Positions 27,484 through 36,596 of a stretch of 64,000 nt of DNA are shown here, in pieces. The position numbers were made by a program, and so were the translations under genes. The notes below the pieces were generated by a model. The model ran no database searches. It saw only the letters and a list, made by a program, of their open reading frames with translations, and was not told where the DNA came from. How positions within the stretch are numbered: the stretch's first letter is position 1; every line of letters begins with the position of its first letter. The DNA is from an uncultured bacterium. GTDB lineage: Bacteria > Patescibacteriota > Minisyncoccia > UBA6257 > GWB1-50-10. The stretch is from the NCBI GenBank assembly GCA_903827975.1, contig CAIKKG010000014.1, forward strand, positions 52,833 to 116,832, in the 5' to 3' direction.

Positions 27484-28176
27484 ATTTCCAACAACTACAA
27501 CAAACTCGCCACGCGCGCGACCCTCTTCCTTAAAGATTTCTAAGGCATCTTTTGCACAACCCTTAAAAACCTCCTCATGTAGTTTTGTAAGTTCTCTTCC
27601 TATAATGATTGTCTGGTCACCACCCATCACATCCACGATGCTATTTAAAGCCTTTTCTATTCTGTGTGGAGACTCATAAAAAACAACAGGCCAGACTTTA
27701 TTCTCCTTAAGATTCTCAAAGAATGTCTTCCTTCCTTTTTTATGCGGAGAATAACCCCAAAATGTGAATTGTTCTGTATTCATACCAGATACAGAGAGAA
27801 TCGTTGTTATTGCTGAGACTCCTGGAATTGGAGTGATTGTAATATCAGGAAGTTGCATTGAGACCTCAGCAACAAGCCTACCGCCAGGATCAGCTATACC
27901 AGGGGTTCCAGCATCTGTTGTTAGTGCTATTTTTTTCCCTTCTTTTAATAACTGTATAATCTTTTTCGTTGACTGTTTATGTGAGTGCTCGTCATAACGA
28001 AATAAAGGCTTTTTTATTGCAAAGTGAGATAGCAGTTTAGAAGTAACACGCGTATCCTCAGAAAATACAACATCAGCATCTTTCAGTGTTTCAAGTGCTC
28101 GTAATGTTATATCGCTTAGGTTTCCTATCGGTGTAGCTACCATAAAAAGTCCGCCCTTCTTTGTAGTTTCTGACAT
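27457..28176 (-). CDS. rsmI: 16S rRNA (cytidine1402-2'-O)-methyltransferase
   Basis: LFMVATPIGNLSDITLRALETLKDADVVFSEDTR tetrapyrrole-methylase fold N-terminus typical of RsmI. Confidence 0.9.
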   Translation of the reverse strand: MSETTKKGGLFMVATPIGNLSDITLRALETLKDADVVFSEDTRVTSKLLSHFAIKKPLFRYDEHSHKQSTKKIIQLLKEGKKIALTTDAGTPGIADPGGRLVAEVSMQLPDITITPIPGVSAITTILSVSGMNTEQFTFWGYSPHKKGRKTFFENLKENKVWPVVFYESPHRIEKALNSIVDVMGGDQTIIIGRELTKLHEEVFKGCAKDALEIFKEEGRARGEFVVVVGNLFSSSPND

Positions 28177-28202
28177 ATGAGGTAAGTATATATTAAAAAG
28201 TT

Positions 28203-28223
28203 AACCCTGCGTATTGCAGGGTT
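28203..28223 (-). terminator. Rho-independent terminator after rplS
   Basis: aaccctgcgtattgcagggtt with T-run on minus strand. Confidence 0.65.
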
Positions 28224-28229
28224 AATTAG

Positions 28230-28550
28230 TTACTTTGTTTTCAAGCGCTCACGAATCTTCTTACTTGAGAAATCACGGATGTGATAAAGTTTTGATTTGT
28301 GAACCTTCTTAGGTGATGAGATTATATCAACCTTTGCAATTGTCGGAGAGTGAGATTGAAATACTTTTTCTACACCTATTTCGGAGATTATTGCACGTAC
28401 AGTAAACGAGGAACCAGCCTCAGCACCATGCTTGTGTGCAATAACTATACCTTCAAAAGAGCTCTGGCGCTCCTTTTCGCCTTCTTTAATGCGCTCCCAG
28501 ACGCGTACCTTTGCGCCTGCTCTAATTTTTGAGAGAACCTCTTTTTCCAT
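28230..28550 (-). CDS. rplS: 50S ribosomal protein L19
   Basis: ...RVWERIKEGEKERQSSFEGIVIAHKHG... L19 core. Confidence 0.9.
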   Translation of the reverse strand: MEKEVLSKIRAGAKVRVWERIKEGEKERQSSFEGIVIAHKHGAEAGSSFTVRAIISEIGVEKVFQSHSPTIAKVDIISSPKKVHKSKLYHIRDFSSKKIRERLKTK

Positions 28551-28607
28551 AGTGGATATAGTGTAAAAGACTATACAAAAAAAATCAAGGGCATATTAGA
28601 TAAAAAT

Positions 28608-28632
28608 GCCCCCGTGATTAACGGGGGCTTTT
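28608..28632. terminator. Hairpin terminator (bidirectional)
   Basis: gcccccgtgattaacgggggc + tttt. Confidence 0.65.
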
Positions 28633-28636
28633 AGGA

Positions 28637-29131
28637 CTATATTTTGGGAACAATAAAAAGCTGTTTAGCATTATCAGGCCAGATAAATACATCATCCACC
28701 TGAAACAGATTTGTCCCAATCTGATAGGACGAGATTGAATAAGCAAATACACTAGCCAAGAAATACTTACCGTCATGTTTGAAAAGGAAAAATGTCGGAG
28801 TGTCTACAACCATAATCCAACCACGATTCGCTCGAGCAAACTCCTTAATCTGCCCAAGTGTGAAGCAAAGGCTATCCAAATCTTTACTGATGAGTCCAAG
28901 CATCTCACAAAACGTGTGAGCCTTCCTCATCCTATAAAAATCAATATCGACTTTCTTAGTTGTATTAGAAAGTTTAAGACCACCTAAAAAATTGAAAAGA
29001 ATGTCGATATTGCCGAATACATCATAGGACAATGAAAATGATTTTTCTTCTGGCTTTGTGGCCTCAATTGCTGTTGGCCACGCATACCTTCTTAAAACCT
29101 GAGGAGTGGAATACTCCTTATCATCAGACAT
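28637..29131 (-). CDS. Hypothetical protein (164 aa), own promoter and strong AAGGAG SD
   Basis: No recognisable motifs; upstream TTGACG/-10-like and AAGGAG 6 nt before ATG. Confidence 0.5.
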   Translation of the reverse strand: MSDDKEYSTPQVLRRYAWPTAIEATKPEEKSFSLSYDVFGNIDILFNFLGGLKLSNTTKKVDIDFYRMRKAHTFCEMLGLISKDLDSLCFTLGQIKEFARANRGWIMVVDTPTFFLFKHDGKYFLASVFAYSISSYQIGTNLFQVDDVFIWPDNAKQLFIVPKI

Positions 29132-29200
29132 AGCTAACTCCTTTTAGAGATTTTAATTTACTCAATATAGGGTGTCATAAATCAAAAAACACGTCAATTA

Positions 29201-29932
29201 TTATGCGTGCTTTTCAAGAGAATCCAAAACTTTTTGAAGTTCTGGTGATAGCTCTGCCTCCAGTTTTATTCTATTACCATCTGGAGTCCCAAACTCAATT
29301 GAATCTGCGTGTAGAAAATGACGATTTAGTCCAAAGCTGTTTGTTTTTGGTCCATATAGAGTATCCCCAACTATTGGATGTCCAATTGATGCAAGATGAA
29401 CCCTGATCTGGTGAGTTCTACCAGTATGTGGAGTTACATGTATTAATGTGTAATAAACCGCACCCCTTCCATCAAGCACACTCTGCTGGTAAATCTTTAC
29501 AGCCTTATACTCAGTCACAGCATCCTTAACCATCTTCATATTCCTAGCAAGCGTACTTCTTTTAATTGTACCTGGTTTTAACCCTATAGGAGCATCTATT
29601 GTTCCGCTACCGAGAACCCTTCCGTTAACTAACGCCGTGTAAGTCTTCTTAACCTGATGATTTTGAAAAAGATTCTTCATAAAACTGAAGAACTTTTGAT
29701 TTCTGGCAATCACAATAACCCCGGAAGTATTTTTATCCAATCTGTGAACGATTCCTGGGCGATTTTCTGGATCATCTCCAACCTTAGCAATCTCGGGAAA
29801 CTCCTTTTTGGCTATATCAGCCAAAGTCTTACCCATTTCCCTATCCTCAAAACCCTTTATTGCGTGCACTAAGACACCGGCCGGTTTGTTGTAGACCGCG
29901 AAGTCCTTCGTCTTGTAAATTAGGCTTGGCAT
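29201..29932 (-). CDS. Pseudouridine synthase, RluA family
   Basis: ...FAVYNKPAGVLVH..., ...HRLDKNTSGVIVIARN... catalytic Asp motif; ATG 29932 preferred over TTG 29971. Confidence 0.85.
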   Translation of the reverse strand: MPSLIYKTKDFAVYNKPAGVLVHAIKGFEDREMGKTLADIAKKEFPEIAKVGDDPENRPGIVHRLDKNTSGVIVIARNQKFFSFMKNLFQNHQVKKTYTALVNGRVLGSGTIDAPIGLKPGTIKRSTLARNMKMVKDAVTEYKAVKIYQQSVLDGRGAVYYTLIHVTPHTGRTHQIRVHLASIGHPIVGDTLYGPKTNSFGLNRHFLHADSIEFGTPDGNRIKLEAELSPELQKVLDSLEKHA

Positions 29933-30061
29933 GGCTTTTAAGCATACTAACACATATGCCGAAAAACTCAATAAAAATGAGGGTTTTTTGTTAAAATAGG
30001 GCCAAAAACCGCTAAAATAACTTGCTAAATTCAGAATAGTGTGCTAGGATAGGCACATTAA

Positions 30062-30083
30062 TCCCCGTGAGGGGGTTTTTGTT
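30062..30083 (+). promoter_or_regulatory. GC-stem GNRA-tetraloop hairpin + T-run inside the ~200-nt 5' UTR of the 3D-domain gene (attenuator / candidate riboswitch expression platform)
   Basis: tccccGTGAggggg followed by TTTTTGTTT ~55 nt upstream of ATG 30139; no + strand gene upstream that it could terminate. Confidence 0.35.
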
Positions 30084-30138
30084 TGGGGGTATCATCCGAT
30101 GTGGAAGTCGACTCCTAAAATAAAATACAAAAATACAC

Positions 30139-30588
30139 ATGACAGCAAAACTCGTATCAACACTAATAAGTCTTTCGGTTCTCGCATTTCCAACTCCATC
30201 TGAGACGTTAGCAAACGGAAGTCGCCAGGCGATTACGAATGCGATTGTTCAGGTTGCAAGGGCGGCAACTGGAAAGGATGAGGAGGTTAAGAAGCCTGTC
30301 GAAGCAATAAAGATGTGGGTAACCGCATATACAAGCGCTCCAGAGGAAACAGATGAGACACCATTTGAAACAGCAATGGGATCAGATGTTCATGACGGAA
30401 TTGTAGCAACAAACATGCTTCCGTTCGGAACTAAGGTTAAGCTTCCTAAGCTTTTTGGTGATAAGGTCTTCGTTGTCGAGGATAGAATGCACAGAAGGAA
30501 GGTTGGATTTATAGATATCTGGATGCCAACCAAGAAAGAGGCATTCAAGTTCGGAATATCATACTCTGATGTAGTAGTGTTAGATTAA
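30139..30588 (+). CDS. Secreted 3D-domain (MltA/RlpA-like lytic transglycosylase fold) protein
   Basis: Signal peptide; ...MWVTAYTSAPEETDETPFETAMGSDVHDGIVATNMLPFGTKVKLP...FVVEDRMHRRKVGFIDIWM... three-Asp 3D domain. Confidence 0.8.
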   Translation: MTAKLVSTLISLSVLAFPTPSETLANGSRQAITNAIVQVARAATGKDEEVKKPVEAIKMWVTAYTSAPEETDETPFETAMGSDVHDGIVATNMLPFGTKVKLPKLFGDKVFVVEDRMHRRKVGFIDIWMPTKKEAFKFGISYSDVVVLD

Positions 30589-30600
30589 TCGAAATATAAA

Positions 30601-30632
30601 AGCACCGCACATTTGTGTGGTGCTTTTTTTTG
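30601..30632 (+). terminator. Rho-independent terminator
   Basis: agcaccgcacatttgtgtggtgct + TTTTTTTT. Confidence 0.75.
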
Positions 30633-30666
30633 TATTCACTGAATGGTAAGATAGATTAATAATTAT

Positions 30667-31965
30667 ATGAATTTCCAAATTGAGGGAGGACATAAGCTTT
30701 CAGGGACAATTGGAGTTAACTCGTCGAAAAATTCGGCGGTTGGTCTTTTGTGCGCATCTCTTCTAAATAAGTCAAAAACAACATTAACCAATGTTCCTAA
30801 AATTGAGGAGGTTTATCGCATAATTGAGGTTTTAGAAAGTATTGGTGTGAAAGTTGAGTGGAATGGCCCCTCACTAACCATAATTCCTCCTAAGAAGCTA
30901 AAGCTTAGTAAGCTTAATGAGGAGTCTGCAAAAAAGACCAGAAGCATTGTTATGTTTATGGGACCACTAGCCCACCTTCTTCAAGCTTTTAAAATTCCTC
31001 AGACTGGTGGCTGTAAGCTTGGATCTAGAACTGTGGCTCCACATCTTTTTGCTCTTAAAAAACTAGGGATTAATATTTTAACGAAAGCTGATGCCTTCGA
31101 TGTTAGGGTTAAGAAGTTACATCCTGGTGAGATTGTTATGTACGAGTCAGGAGATACTGTGACTGAAAATGTATTAATGGCTGCAGCAAAAATACCAGGC
31201 AAAACTGTCATTAAGTTCGCCTCGGCAAATTATATGGTTCAGGATCTTTGTCACTTTTTAGAACTTTTTGGTGTTGTTATAGAAGGTATTGGAACAACAA
31301 CTCTTACAATAACAGGCGTAAGCGACATGGACATGCCAGTGCGTTATACACTTAGCGAGGACCCAATAGAAGCGATGCTTTTCCTTTCTATAGCCGCAAC
31401 GACCAATTCAAAAATCACAATAAAAAAGTGCCCAATAGAATTTTTAGAACTTGAGCTTATGAAATTGGAAGTTATGGGTTTCAAATATAAACGCTCAAAG
31501 GAATATGTATCCGAGAATGGATTTACAAAACTTGTTGATATAGTTACCCTGCCTTCAAATCTTGTAGCGCTCGATGAAAAAATATATGCACGCCCATTCC
31601 CTGGCCTAAACATAGATAACTTACCATTCTTCGTTCCTATTGTTGCGCGCGCAAAAGGACAGACATTAATTCATGATTGGGTTTATGAGAATCGCGCACT
31701 TTATTATTTAGAGTTGTCTAAGCTTGGGGTAAATATGCTACTTGCGGATCCACATCGTGTTTTTATAACAGGACCAACAAAGTTTAAAGCAGCCGAGATA
31801 ATCTGTCCTCCAGCGCTTCGCCCAGCTGCAATAATTATGATTGCTATGCTTGCCGCGCCAGGAACATCTCTGTTAAGAAATGTTTATTCCATTAATCGCG
31901 GTTATGAGGATATTGCTAATAGACTTAGAAAAATTGGCGCTAAAATAGAAACTATTAAAAATTAA
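30667..31965 (+). CDS. murA: UDP-N-acetylglucosamine 1-carboxyvinyltransferase
   Basis: Enolpyruvyl-transferase fold, 432 aa, catalytic-Cys loop ..QTGGCKLGSRTV.. (equivalent to E. coli C115). Confidence 0.85.
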   Translation: MNFQIEGGHKLSGTIGVNSSKNSAVGLLCASLLNKSKTTLTNVPKIEEVYRIIEVLESIGVKVEWNGPSLTIIPPKKLKLSKLNEESAKKTRSIVMFMGPLAHLLQAFKIPQTGGCKLGSRTVAPHLFALKKLGINILTKADAFDVRVKKLHPGEIVMYESGDTVTENVLMAAAKIPGKTVIKFASANYMVQDLCHFLELFGVVIEGIGTTTLTITGVSDMDMPVRYTLSEDPIEAMLFLSIAATTNSKITIKKCPIEFLELELMKLEVMGFKYKRSKEYVSENGFTKLVDIVTLPSNLVALDEKIYARPFPGLNIDNLPFFVPIVARAKGQTLIHDWVYENRALYYLELSKLGVNMLLADPHRVFITGPTKFKAAEIICPPALRPAAIIMIAMLAAPGTSLLRNVYSINRGYEDIANRLRKIGAKIETIKN

Positions 31966-31972
31966 AAGAAAA

Positions 31973-31996
31973 ATCCCGCTATTGCGGGGTTTTCTT
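31973..31996. terminator. Bidirectional hairpin terminator
   Basis: aaatcccgctattgcggggtttt. Confidence 0.7.
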
Positions 31997-32006
31997 TTTT
32001 TACACA

Positions 32007-32306
32007 CTACTTACCTATCTCCGGCTTTATATGATTAGAATCACCATCATGATCCTTATGCCTCATACTTGTTAAAACATAACTCACAAGCACAACTATG
32101 AGAGTAACTAATAGAGCATAAATTAATTTAGCAAATCGTCCTCCTTCAGAAGGAAAGAAAAATTCAATGAATGATTTTATTGCTTCGTTCCAAGCAAGAC
32201 CAGCAACAAAGCTAAAGCTCGTGATGACCATTGTAATCGCCTGATTTCGTCCTTCGCGTCTAAAGCGTTTATGACCCCTACTTAGCTTCTCTTTAAAATT
32301 ACGCAT
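32007..32306 (-). CDS. Small hypothetical membrane protein (99 aa, two TM)
   Basis: Basic N-terminus, two TM helices, His/Asp-rich C-terminus; 8-nt overlap with SOD start suggests co-transcription. Confidence 0.45.
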   Translation of the reverse strand: MRNFKEKLSRGHKRFRREGRNQAITMVITSFSFVAGLAWNEAIKSFIEFFFPSEGGRFAKLIYALLVTLIVVLVSYVLTSMRHKDHDGDSNHIKPEIGK

Positions 32307-32919
32307 ATTTTCCCATTACTTTTTTATACTTTTCTCCGACCCCCTCCCAATCCACAATGTTCCACCACTCAGTAACATACTCAGCCCTACGATTCTGAAA
32401 CTTCAGATAATATGCGTGCTCCCAAACATCAAGGCACATTATTGGTGTGAGTCCTATTGAGATTGGATTGTCCTGATTTGAAGTGCTAAGAGTTTTTAAA
32501 ACTCCATCTGCATCGATTACTAACCACGCCCAACCACTTCCAAAAACTCCTAAACCTAATTTTGAAAAATCTTCTTTAAACTTTTCAAACCCTCCAAGAT
32601 ATTTTGTGATTGCCTCCATAAGCTCGCCATCCGGCATTCCTGTACTTTTTGGCCCTATGCTCTCCCATAATAATGTATGGGCTACATGCCCTCCACCGTG
32701 ATTTTTTACCGCCGTCCTGATTGATTCAGGAATTGCACCTAAATCTCTAAGTAATTCCTCTGGTGTCTTTTCGAATAGTTCCGGATTATTCTGAAGCGCC
32801 TCATTTAACTTAGCCACATATGTTGCATGATGCTTTGAGTGATGAATCTCCATGGTGCGCGCATCTAGGAATGGCTCCAACGCATCATATGAGTATTGTA
32901 ATTTTGGTAATTCGTACAT
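32299..32919 (-). CDS. sod: Superoxide dismutase (Fe/Mn family)
   Basis: LPKLQYSYDALEPFLDARTMEIHHSKHHATYV and C-terminal DVWEHAYYL metal-ligand motifs. Confidence 0.95.
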   Translation of the reverse strand: MYELPKLQYSYDALEPFLDARTMEIHHSKHHATYVAKLNEALQNNPELFEKTPEELLRDLGAIPESIRTAVKNHGGGHVAHTLLWESIGPKSTGMPDGELMEAITKYLGGFEKFKEDFSKLGLGVFGSGWAWLVIDADGVLKTLSTSNQDNPISIGLTPIMCLDVWEHAYYLKFQNRRAEYVTEWWNIVDWEGVGEKYKKVMGKYA

Positions 32920-32931
32920 ATTTATATTATA

Positions 32932-33600
32932 TCATGACTTTTTTGGCGTGTTGTAGCTAATGTCTAAGATTAGCGCATCTTCTTTTGAAAAATTCCCCAC
33001 TCTTGTCCTCTCAAGTGAGGATAGATAACCACCGACATTTAGTTTTCTCCCAATATCGCGCGCTAGTGAGCGAATATAAACTCCTGGACCAGTCGTTACC
33101 TTAATTTTTAGATACGGCCAGCTAAATGACAAGAACTCAATTTTTTTTATAAGTACCTTTCTTGCCGGAAGAATAAGGACCTCTCCCGCCCTTGTTCTTT
33201 TGTAAGCTGTAGAGCCCTGAACTTTAATTGCACTATATACTGGAGGTATTTGCATAATCTCCCCCTCAAAATCCTTTAGTGATTTTTTAATTAGGATTAG
33301 TGCTGGTTTTTTTATTGGGTGTATAGCAGTCTTCATTCCCTCACTGTCATCCGTTGTGCTTTCTGTACCAAGATGAATTGAGGCAATGTACTCCTTTTCT
33401 TTTGCCACCTCGTCGGCAATTTTTTTGGTTGCGTCACGCCCGACCGCGATTACAAGGACTCCTGATGCGCGTGGGTCGAGTGTTCCTGCGTGGCCTATTC
33501 TTTTTTCTGTTGTGTGTTTCTTTATCTCACGGATTACATCATATGAGCTTGGTCCCCTTGGTTTCCAGACTCCAAAAATACCTATAAGTTCTTTTTTCAT
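32932..33600 (-). CDS. truB: tRNA pseudouridine(55) synthase
   Basis: GIFGVWKPRGPSS..., GHAGTLDPRASGVLVIAVG catalytic Asp motif; lacks a long PUA tail. Confidence 0.9.
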   Translation of the reverse strand: MKKELIGIFGVWKPRGPSSYDVIREIKKHTTEKRIGHAGTLDPRASGVLVIAVGRDATKKIADEVAKEKEYIASIHLGTESTTDDSEGMKTAIHPIKKPALILIKKSLKDFEGEIMQIPPVYSAIKVQGSTAYKRTRAGEVLILPARKVLIKKIEFLSFSWPYLKIKVTTGPGVYIRSLARDIGRKLNVGGYLSSLERTRVGNFSKEDALILDISYNTPKKS

Positions 33601-33606
33601 TATATT

Positions 33607-34308
33607 TTATCTGCACGCAAGGTATGAGACTATTGTTGCTGCAGTTTCTGCTCTCAGTGTTAGAGCTCCAAGACTTACCTGAATAATACCGGCCTCTTTT
33701 GCACTTTCTATCTCCTCGCTTGTCCAACCACCCTCCGGCCCTACAAAAATTCCAATATTTTTTGATGATTTGAAAACTGACTCATCTAATACTATTCCAT
33801 CTTTATCAAAAAATATATTTAGGTCATTTTCCTTTGCCTTTAGAATTGCATCAGGTAGCGAGACCGCGCCCTCCATTTTTGGAACAATTCCTCGTCCAGA
33901 CTGTTCTGATGCTTCTTTTATAATTTTTTCTATTCGCTCCTTATTAATATTCATCTTAACAGTTCTTGAAGAAATGACTGGAACGATTCTTGAGATACCA
34001 ACCTCTGTTGCTTTCTGAGCAGAGATTTCAAAATTTTCCCTTTTTAGAATAGACAGAAATAGTGTCACACTTTTCTCTGACTCATTTTTATTTTGCGAAC
34101 GAGCTTCTATTTCCACCTCAACATATCCATTCCCATAGCTTAGTATTTTTGCGTTCGCCTCCTCTCCAAGACCATTTGAAAGCATAAGCTCCTCGCCAAC
34201 ATTAAGACGCAACACATAGCGCGCCTGATTTACAAATTCTTCATCAGTAATTCTTAGTACTGATTCTTTAATATTAAAATTTCCGATGAATCGATGGACT
34301 TTTGTCAT
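33607..34308 (-). CDS. rsmE: 16S rRNA (uracil1498-N3)-methyltransferase
   Basis: MTKVHRFIGNF..., SPOUT C-terminus GIFVGPEGGWTSEEI... Confidence 0.85.
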   Translation of the reverse strand: MTKVHRFIGNFNIKESVLRITDEEFVNQARYVLRLNVGEELMLSNGLGEEANAKILSYGNGYVEVEIEARSQNKNESEKSVTLFLSILKRENFEISAQKATEVGISRIVPVISSRTVKMNINKERIEKIIKEASEQSGRGIVPKMEGAVSLPDAILKAKENDLNIFFDKDGIVLDESVFKSSKNIGIFVGPEGGWTSEEIESAKEAGIIQVSLGALTLRAETAATIVSYLACR

Positions 34309-34333
34309 ATCATTACACTACTACAAACAAGCC

Positions 34334-34359
34334 CCGCCCCTCAATAGAGGGGCGGTTTT
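34334..34359. terminator. Hairpin terminator-like element
   Basis: ccgcccctcaatagaggggcgg + tttt. Confidence 0.5.
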
Positions 34360-34368
34360 ACACGTTTA

Positions 34369-34605
34369 CTATTTAATTCCAACCGCTTCGTTTATCGCAC
34401 TCTTATCGAATCCTATGATTATCTTTCCATCTATGTCTAACACTGGAACGCCAAGCTGGCCCGACTTCTTTATCATTTCTTCACGCCCAACCTCATCCAC
34501 CATTACATCCTTTTCCTCGTATTTAACGCCCTTCTGATCAAAATATGCCTTAGCCATCTTGCAATATACGCACGACGGGGTTGAATAAATTATTATTGGT
34601 TTCAT
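34369..34605 (-). CDS. Glutaredoxin (NrdH/Grx-like, CVYC active site)
   Basis: MKPIIIYSTPSCVYCKMAKAYF..., 78 aa. Confidence 0.9.
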   Translation of the reverse strand: MKPIIIYSTPSCVYCKMAKAYFDQKGVKYEEKDVMVDEVGREEMIKKSGQLGVPVLDIDGKIIIGFDKSAINEAVGIK

Positions 34606-34648
34606 ATAGTGTCATAATAACATATATTTTAAGCTTTGATAAAAAAAA

Positions 34649-34670
34649 TCCCCCGCATTTTTGCGGGGGA
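34649..34670 (-). terminator. Rho-independent terminator after pepF
   Basis: tcccccgcatttttgcggggga with T-run on minus strand. Confidence 0.7.
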
Positions 34671-34676
34671 TGTTTA

Positions 34677-36527
34677 CTATAGTGAAATCCCCATTTCCAG
34701 TGATAATTCCTCGGCCTCCTTCAACATTGACCCAATACCAACATTAATTCCATTAATCCAGAACTGCTCGCTTGTGGGATTTAGGCCAAATGGTGTAAGT
34801 AATTCCACAACATCTAATTTAGACCCAGAACGTAACATGTCCAAATACAGTGGTTCAAATTCATTTCCAAATCTATCTCTTACTGCATACAGGCTTTGCG
34901 TCAGCAGTTCGCCAAACGCATACCCATAAACATAAAAAGGATTGTGAAAGTGAGAAACATATGTCCAGAAGTATTCCATATTATCATAAGTGAATACATC
35001 ACCATCCTCGCCATACAATTCAGAAATCGTCTCCACCCAGATATTACTCAATTCCTCAGCAGATATTTTTCTAGATCTTCCCCACTCGGAATATGTTTCG
35101 TTCATTCCGTGAATTCTGCGTTCAAAATTGGAAAACCCAATCTGCCTAACCATGCTATTCATTGAGTCATCAATTTTTCGCATTAGAAGTATAAGAAGTG
35201 CTTTTTTATCACCATCCTCTAGAAGTCTGTTCTTCAGAAAGTTGAATGTCGTCATCTCTCCAAAAATAGATGCGGTTTCTGCATATGCAGTTGGTGCATT
35301 ACACATTAATACTCCTTGTGCATCACCAGCCTCCTCGCCATGAACTCCGTGACCTACTTCATGTGCAAGAGTCATTACATCCCCACTTCCACCAAGATAA
35401 TTAAGAAGTGTGAATGATAGCGCACCACTTTGAGGTAGTACGGCCCATGTGCAGAATGCCCCGTCAGACTTTCCCTTCTTTGCGCGCGCATCTATGCGCC
35501 CATCACTTACCATCAGACGAACGCGTCTTGCTAAAGTTGGACTAAATTGTTCATATGCATCAATCACCATTTTTAATGCGTCATCAAAGTGTATTTTTGA
35601 AGAATCTGAAAAAGGCATTTGTGCATTTCTATCGCTCCACCGAAGTTTTTCCAGACCAAGGTGTTTTGCTTTCAGGCGATAGAATCTTTTTGCGATAGGA
35701 CTCGCTACATTTCTAACAGCGTTGTGAAGTGCACTCACCATATCATCCGAAACTCGATTTTCCATGTTACGGAATCTCATTGGATGTTCGTATGAGCGCT
35801 CTTCGCACTCAACTGCATTTGAGCCTACAACAATCCACAAGACCTGAGCTGCGCACTTTGCAAAGTATCCCTTAAATGCGTCATTCATTGCTTTCATCGT
35901 TAATACGCGTACATTCTCATCCTGAGATGTATCCAAGACGCTAATAGCCTCTTCGAGAGTAATGCTCATACCAAGAACTTCAATTTCCAAATCTACGACA
36001 AGTTCTTCGTGCAACTCGCTCCACGCACTTGGTCCGAACGTGCTCCTCTTTGTAAGCGCTCCTTCTACGGCCTCGCTCAACATGTGAGACTTAAAACAAC
36101 GAACCTGTTCAATCCAGGATTTATGTTGCTCGACAAACTTATCGAGACCATACCAGCGCTCACAATCCTCATCACTTAGAGAGGCTAGTTCGATGCTAAA
36201 AAACTCAAGATACTTACCGGCCGACGCACTAATTAGAACTGATAATTCTGCTTCCTTTTCTTTTAACTTTGAATCGGAAACATCAAGGCTTTTCTGAAGC
36301 ATTAAATACATTCCAATCTTTTCACCGAGTGCTGTAATGAGTACAAATTCGCGCAATGCACTTCCTAGAGCCTCGGACAGCTTTCCATTAAACCTTATGT
36401 AAAAGTCCTCATAATTTTTAACGAGTTCCTCAGCATCTTTAACAAGCCTTAGGTCGTCTATATCCGAATAAAAGAACCTGGCCAGTTGCCATCGTACGTT
36501 CTCAGTGCCTAGATTTTTAGCACACAT
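34677..36527 (-). CDS. pepF: Oligoendopeptidase F (M3B metallopeptidase)
   Basis: 616 aa, HEVGHGVH zinc motif with downstream Glu, M3 family architecture. Confidence 0.85.
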   Translation of the reverse strand: MCAKNLGTENVRWQLARFFYSDIDDLRLVKDAEELVKNYEDFYIRFNGKLSEALGSALREFVLITALGEKIGMYLMLQKSLDVSDSKLKEKEAELSVLISASAGKYLEFFSIELASLSDEDCERWYGLDKFVEQHKSWIEQVRCFKSHMLSEAVEGALTKRSTFGPSAWSELHEELVVDLEIEVLGMSITLEEAISVLDTSQDENVRVLTMKAMNDAFKGYFAKCAAQVLWIVVGSNAVECEERSYEHPMRFRNMENRVSDDMVSALHNAVRNVASPIAKRFYRLKAKHLGLEKLRWSDRNAQMPFSDSSKIHFDDALKMVIDAYEQFSPTLARRVRLMVSDGRIDARAKKGKSDGAFCTWAVLPQSGALSFTLLNYLGGSGDVMTLAHEVGHGVHGEEAGDAQGVLMCNAPTAYAETASIFGEMTTFNFLKNRLLEDGDKKALLILLMRKIDDSMNSMVRQIGFSNFERRIHGMNETYSEWGRSRKISAEELSNIWVETISELYGEDGDVFTYDNMEYFWTYVSHFHNPFYVYGYAFGELLTQSLYAVRDRFGNEFEPLYLDMLRSGSKLDVVELLTPFGLNPTSEQFWINGINVGIGSMLKEAEELSLEMGISL

Positions 36528-36596
36528 TTAACCCCCTTTTTTGTAAAGTTAAATAACTAAAGCCACCATACTGCTTTTACAAAATAGTGTCAAAAT

